Positions 60,172 through 64,000 of a DNA stretch of 64,000 bases are shown here, piece by piece. The DNA is taken from assembly GCF_002113885.1 (NCBI RefSeq), contig NW_018404492.1, positions 6,553,255 to 6,617,254 on the forward strand, written 5' to 3'. The translations under genes were made by a program, and so were the position numbers. Source of the stretch: Mizuhopecten yessoensis. Its lineage: Eukaryota. Position 1 is the first letter of the stretch. Each line of letters opens with the position of its first letter. The notes under the pieces were generated by a model. It saw nothing but the letters and a program-made list of their open reading frames with translations. It ran no database searches and was not told where the DNA came from.

Positions 60172-60437
60172 GTATTCCGTGATTTGTTTTAGAGCTGTCA
60201 TTCGTTTGAAAAGAGAGATGATTTGTAGGAGTTGTCCCCCCTACATCTCTGTAAATGTTTGTGGTCAAAACAAACTTAGCATTTATATATTTTTGATTTA
60301 AACATATTTTATTGTAATTTATATACAATGGGAGTTGGGCACAAGTTTTACAACTTATATTAAGCCCTTTCCCTACAATATATTACTACAAATTATCAAG
60401 ATGGCATATAACATATATATTCACATTTGCTTTAATT

Positions 60438-60473
<36 letters not shown>

Positions 60474-60530
60474 GACGGGGGGGGTGAAGAGAGACAGAGA
60501 GAGAGGAGAGAGAGGGAGAATGAGAGAGAG
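60438..60530. repeat. Interrupted (GA)n microsatellite
   Basis: GAGAGA/GACAGA runs. Confidence 0.9.
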
Positions 60531-61906
60531 CTAGATTCGGATTAGTTAGTAAACATTAATATAAGAAGTGCAGGAAAATATACTCAAAATCTGTTAGTAT
60601 CTAGAATAAATTGCTAAATTTATATATATATACTTATCTATGGAAGGGATTCAAGTACGATTTTAAAAATGGGTTCCCCTGATATTTTGCAATATTTCAC
60701 TATTTAAAAACTTAATTTTCTAGTATCAAAAAAACTACAAAGGTCCCAATACCTTTGAAAGATGAAAATCTGAATACAAACTTAATTTCACTATTTAGAA
60801 ACTGTATCAAATAAGTATCCAGTAACAAAAAGTTACGAATGTCCCGTTACTTTTGGAATGATAAACAATTGCAACTTTAATTGTATCAAAGTAGTTATGA
60901 TGAAATCTTGCAAATGAGACATATAATAAAAAAATATTGCAAAATATATTTCACTATTTAAAAACTCTATTTCCCAGTATCTAATAAAGTATGAAAGTAC
61001 CATCACCAGCAAAAGAAAATTCTAAAGATGAGCTGTAGAATGAAAAATAGTTACAACCTTATTTTATTTCGGCCTATAGTAATCCGTTGGATTGGACTTT
61101 GGAGTATACTCATGGGCAAAAATATAAGATATACAATGTAACGAATCTTCGAAAATTTCCCCTCGCATATGTTTTGATCAATTTTCGGGAGCATAAATAA
61201 CCACGTTTATAGTATATAACGCAATGAGATTGCTTCATTATATCAAAATGTTTGTATATTGTTGCAATTTTAATGCATGGCGAAAAGAATGTTTTCCAAT
61301 AATGCTGAAAAATACCGGAAATGTGCGGGAACCCGCCTTCAGAAAACGTTTCAAAATTGTACTCCTTTTTTTTCAAGGATATATTTCTCCAACTGTCTTA
61401 AGATTGATTATTCTAAGTGGACAAGGTGGACTATCTAGATAAGGAAAAGTCATTTCTGTGACATTTAACGAAGTCCCATCAATCGTATTTTGCTATCTTT
61501 ATCGAAGCAGGGCAGGATACGAAAGTGATCGTATGAGCCGAGAAATGAAGGGGTCTTCTGCAGGGTCGGATGAGGGTGCAGGGAAGAGGTTGGGGTCGGT
61601 TTTCTGCTAAGGGGACATCAGGGAGACCACATTTATTTGCTGCCCCCGTTGCAAACTCGTGTGACCTTTATCGTTACTTTCCTCCCCTACCAACTTTCCC
61701 CGTTTTTCTGTGACCTTAAACTGTAGCAAGGAAGTAAAACCATTAACAAAACAACATCAAGGTATGGAGCTGATTTATTCAAATTTTCTCCTTGAACTCT
61801 GATCTGGTCATGGTGAAAGCCCGACAGTTTCTTTGTCCCAATATAGTAAGTATTACCTAAGGTGGGGATTGGATTCACTTGGTCCGTTGTGAAGACAGAG
61901 CAGGCC

Positions 61907-62008
61907 AGACCACTAGACCAACCCATCATCGATCTCTCACAGACCACTAGACCAACCCATCATCGATCTCTCACAGACCACTAGACCAACCCATCATCGA
62001 TCTCTCAC
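61907..62008 (+). repeat. Perfect 34 bp x3 tandem repeat
   Basis: AGACCACTAGACCAACCCATCATCGATCTCTCAC at 61907, 61941 and 61975. Confidence 0.95.
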
Positions 62009-64000
62009 TGACTGATCACTCCTCTGATATCTTGACAGTCTCGCTGATGACCTAATTAGTGTGAGCAGACTATACCAGTTAATGCTTGTCTTCCCTACAT
62101 AAAACCTGGAATGTCAGAACTTCATAGATAATGGAAAACATGTGTGCTATGTGTCTCTCTCTTGTCTCAAAACGGTACTTGGATTTCTCCATATAGCGAA
62201 ATAGGTGTTGCTTCGATTCTTACTCAAATTCAGACCATTGCAATTAATACCTTAATTTACATTTAGTCCTTAATAATGATTTTTTTAATTGTAAATATTA
62301 GTTGCGGGTAATAGATGTATGTGTAACTTTGCAATACCAATATATTACGATATTTGTCTGGGTGTATACTGTCTAACAAAATGTATGTTGAAATGCCAAT
62401 ACATTATATCAACTACTTTTTTGGAGTTTAAGCACAGTTGTAAAATAATTGCAAAGAAATAATACTTCAAATCATTTAACATCATCAAAACTAAGCTTGT
62501 TTGGTTTGGTAACTTCCAAAATTGATTTCAAATACACTAATTTCTAGGGATACATTGTGATATATATATTGAAATATTTGCCTATATTGCAATATAAAAA
62601 CTGCTCGCATCATCCACTCCAGAGGCACATACAGAATATACAACCGAATAAAGGGGTCCTAACCTTGTAAAACTTCATTTGAACCTTCACTCTTGTGTTT
62701 GGAGGACGAAGACCGAGTCCGAAAATTGTTATTTTTCTAGGCATGGTAAAATGTTTTTGTGAGCAGCAAAATATATCTGACATTCTTACAGGACTTCATA
62801 AAACTTTCTTCGACCAGCCCCATTTTACTGGCTGTCTGATACAATGGAAACATTGGCTTCCACTAAATTTACACTAAAGTTGAAGACATACCACCATTTT
62901 ATGTGTGAATATCTCACTAATATACGCTCTAGGGGGCAGATAACGCTGCAGTAACAGTTATACTCACTTCCTGGTCTAGATGTGGAATTACCTCACAGTC
63001 TGAAAGATACTTTTATTACATTACAAAATGTATATATAGTATGCCTTAACTTAATCTAGTCGCTTTGATTCAAGTCTGTTTTACTCGTTGTACCATAAGG
63101 ACTATGATTATTTATATTATATTATATACATTCAGTGTAATTCCACAAGGCTTTAAATAAATGTTAGTGAAAAAAAAAAAAAAATAAGAAAAATAATCAG
63201 AAAACATCCGTGCAATTCGAGTTCCTTTATATCTCATTGGTTGACTTTTCTTATCAAAACGCATCGGAGTTTCAGCACCCGTTTCAGTCTACGTAAATGT
63301 TGTGAGGATTTTTGGTTTACATCATTTATCTCAAATTAACTGAGAAAATCCACAGATTAAATAATTCCTTTTGAAATATTGATGTGGAAACATTAGAGTT
63401 TCTTGTTCGTGAAATTATCGTAACCGGGCCGTTTTATTGAGGCATTCCCGCCACTAAATGGGAATTTTGAAAAATGTAGAAATAATTAACCATATAAAGA
63501 CATATCGATTTTCCATCTATACGTTTTCAATATTTGGTGATATTTTTTTCTCTCTTGCTATTCCAAATAAAAATGAGTAATGTGTGAAACACGAATCTCT
63601 CATGCTTAGCCTATTGATGATTAAACAAGTTTGTATCTGTGATTTATGGTAAGATGATTGTAGCGCTGGGTCGAGGCTGTGTTTACCGGGTTCCCTGTCG
63701 CTGGGGACAGAAGAAAGACACCTCCAATACGTCAGCCATCCACAAGGATTAATCTTATTAAATGCATTATACCGACACAAACGCTTCCTTATGAAATATT
63801 GCCAAGTAATCAATTGTAATTTACTGCTTCTTTGTAAACGAGGCGCGAAATATTGGTGATAATTTATTGCAACGAGTTTATCTTTTGAGAAATTTGAGTA
63901 TCTAGTTCCCTCACAAAGGAATTGAGTTTAAACCATTCCGTTTTAGTGGTTGGTTTTTAGGCTTATATTGTCGCCGGCAGAAAGCGTTTGATTTGCTACG

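Overview
AT-rich, intron-containing animal genomic DNA, inferred to be a marine invertebrate and probably a bivalve mollusc. It is not prokaryotic and has no CRISPR array, rRNA or intact tRNA. I can build seven protein-coding genes by hand from splice signals and reading phase. (1) A FEM1A/C-type ankyrin-repeat CRL2 substrate receptor (+, 6618-14361, 2 coding exons, 622 aa). (2) A 7-exon, 905-aa type I receptor-like protein (+, 28157-35357): signal peptide, two FN3-like domains, Thr-rich mucin stalk, TM, Cys cluster, and a disordered tail with three TxYxxI/V motifs; it uses a GC-AG intron. (3) A 1459-aa signal-anchor membrane protein (+, 41056-45630) made of repeated basic/Cys-cluster/acidic-Tyr modules; its upstream ectodomain exons look decayed. 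(4, 5) Two intronless paralogs of unrecognised family, ~70% identical and ending in CCC-CaaL motifs (46827-47354, 50968-51507), made by a tandem duplication that also left an NR2C2AP pseudo-exon and a minisatellite whose ancestral monomer is still visible. (6) NR2C2AP (-, 56177-59227) with a U12 AT-AC intron, head-to-head with (7) a UPF0235/C15orf40 homolog (first two exons in window). Introns and intergenic DNA carry a truncated LINE, several MITE families, SINE remnants and 40-43 bp minisatellites. The best candidate for an undescribed system is the same-strand block of four uncharacterised Cys-cluster, predicted lipid-anchored membrane proteins at 28-51.5 kb. All gene models and alignments were done by eye; no database search was run.
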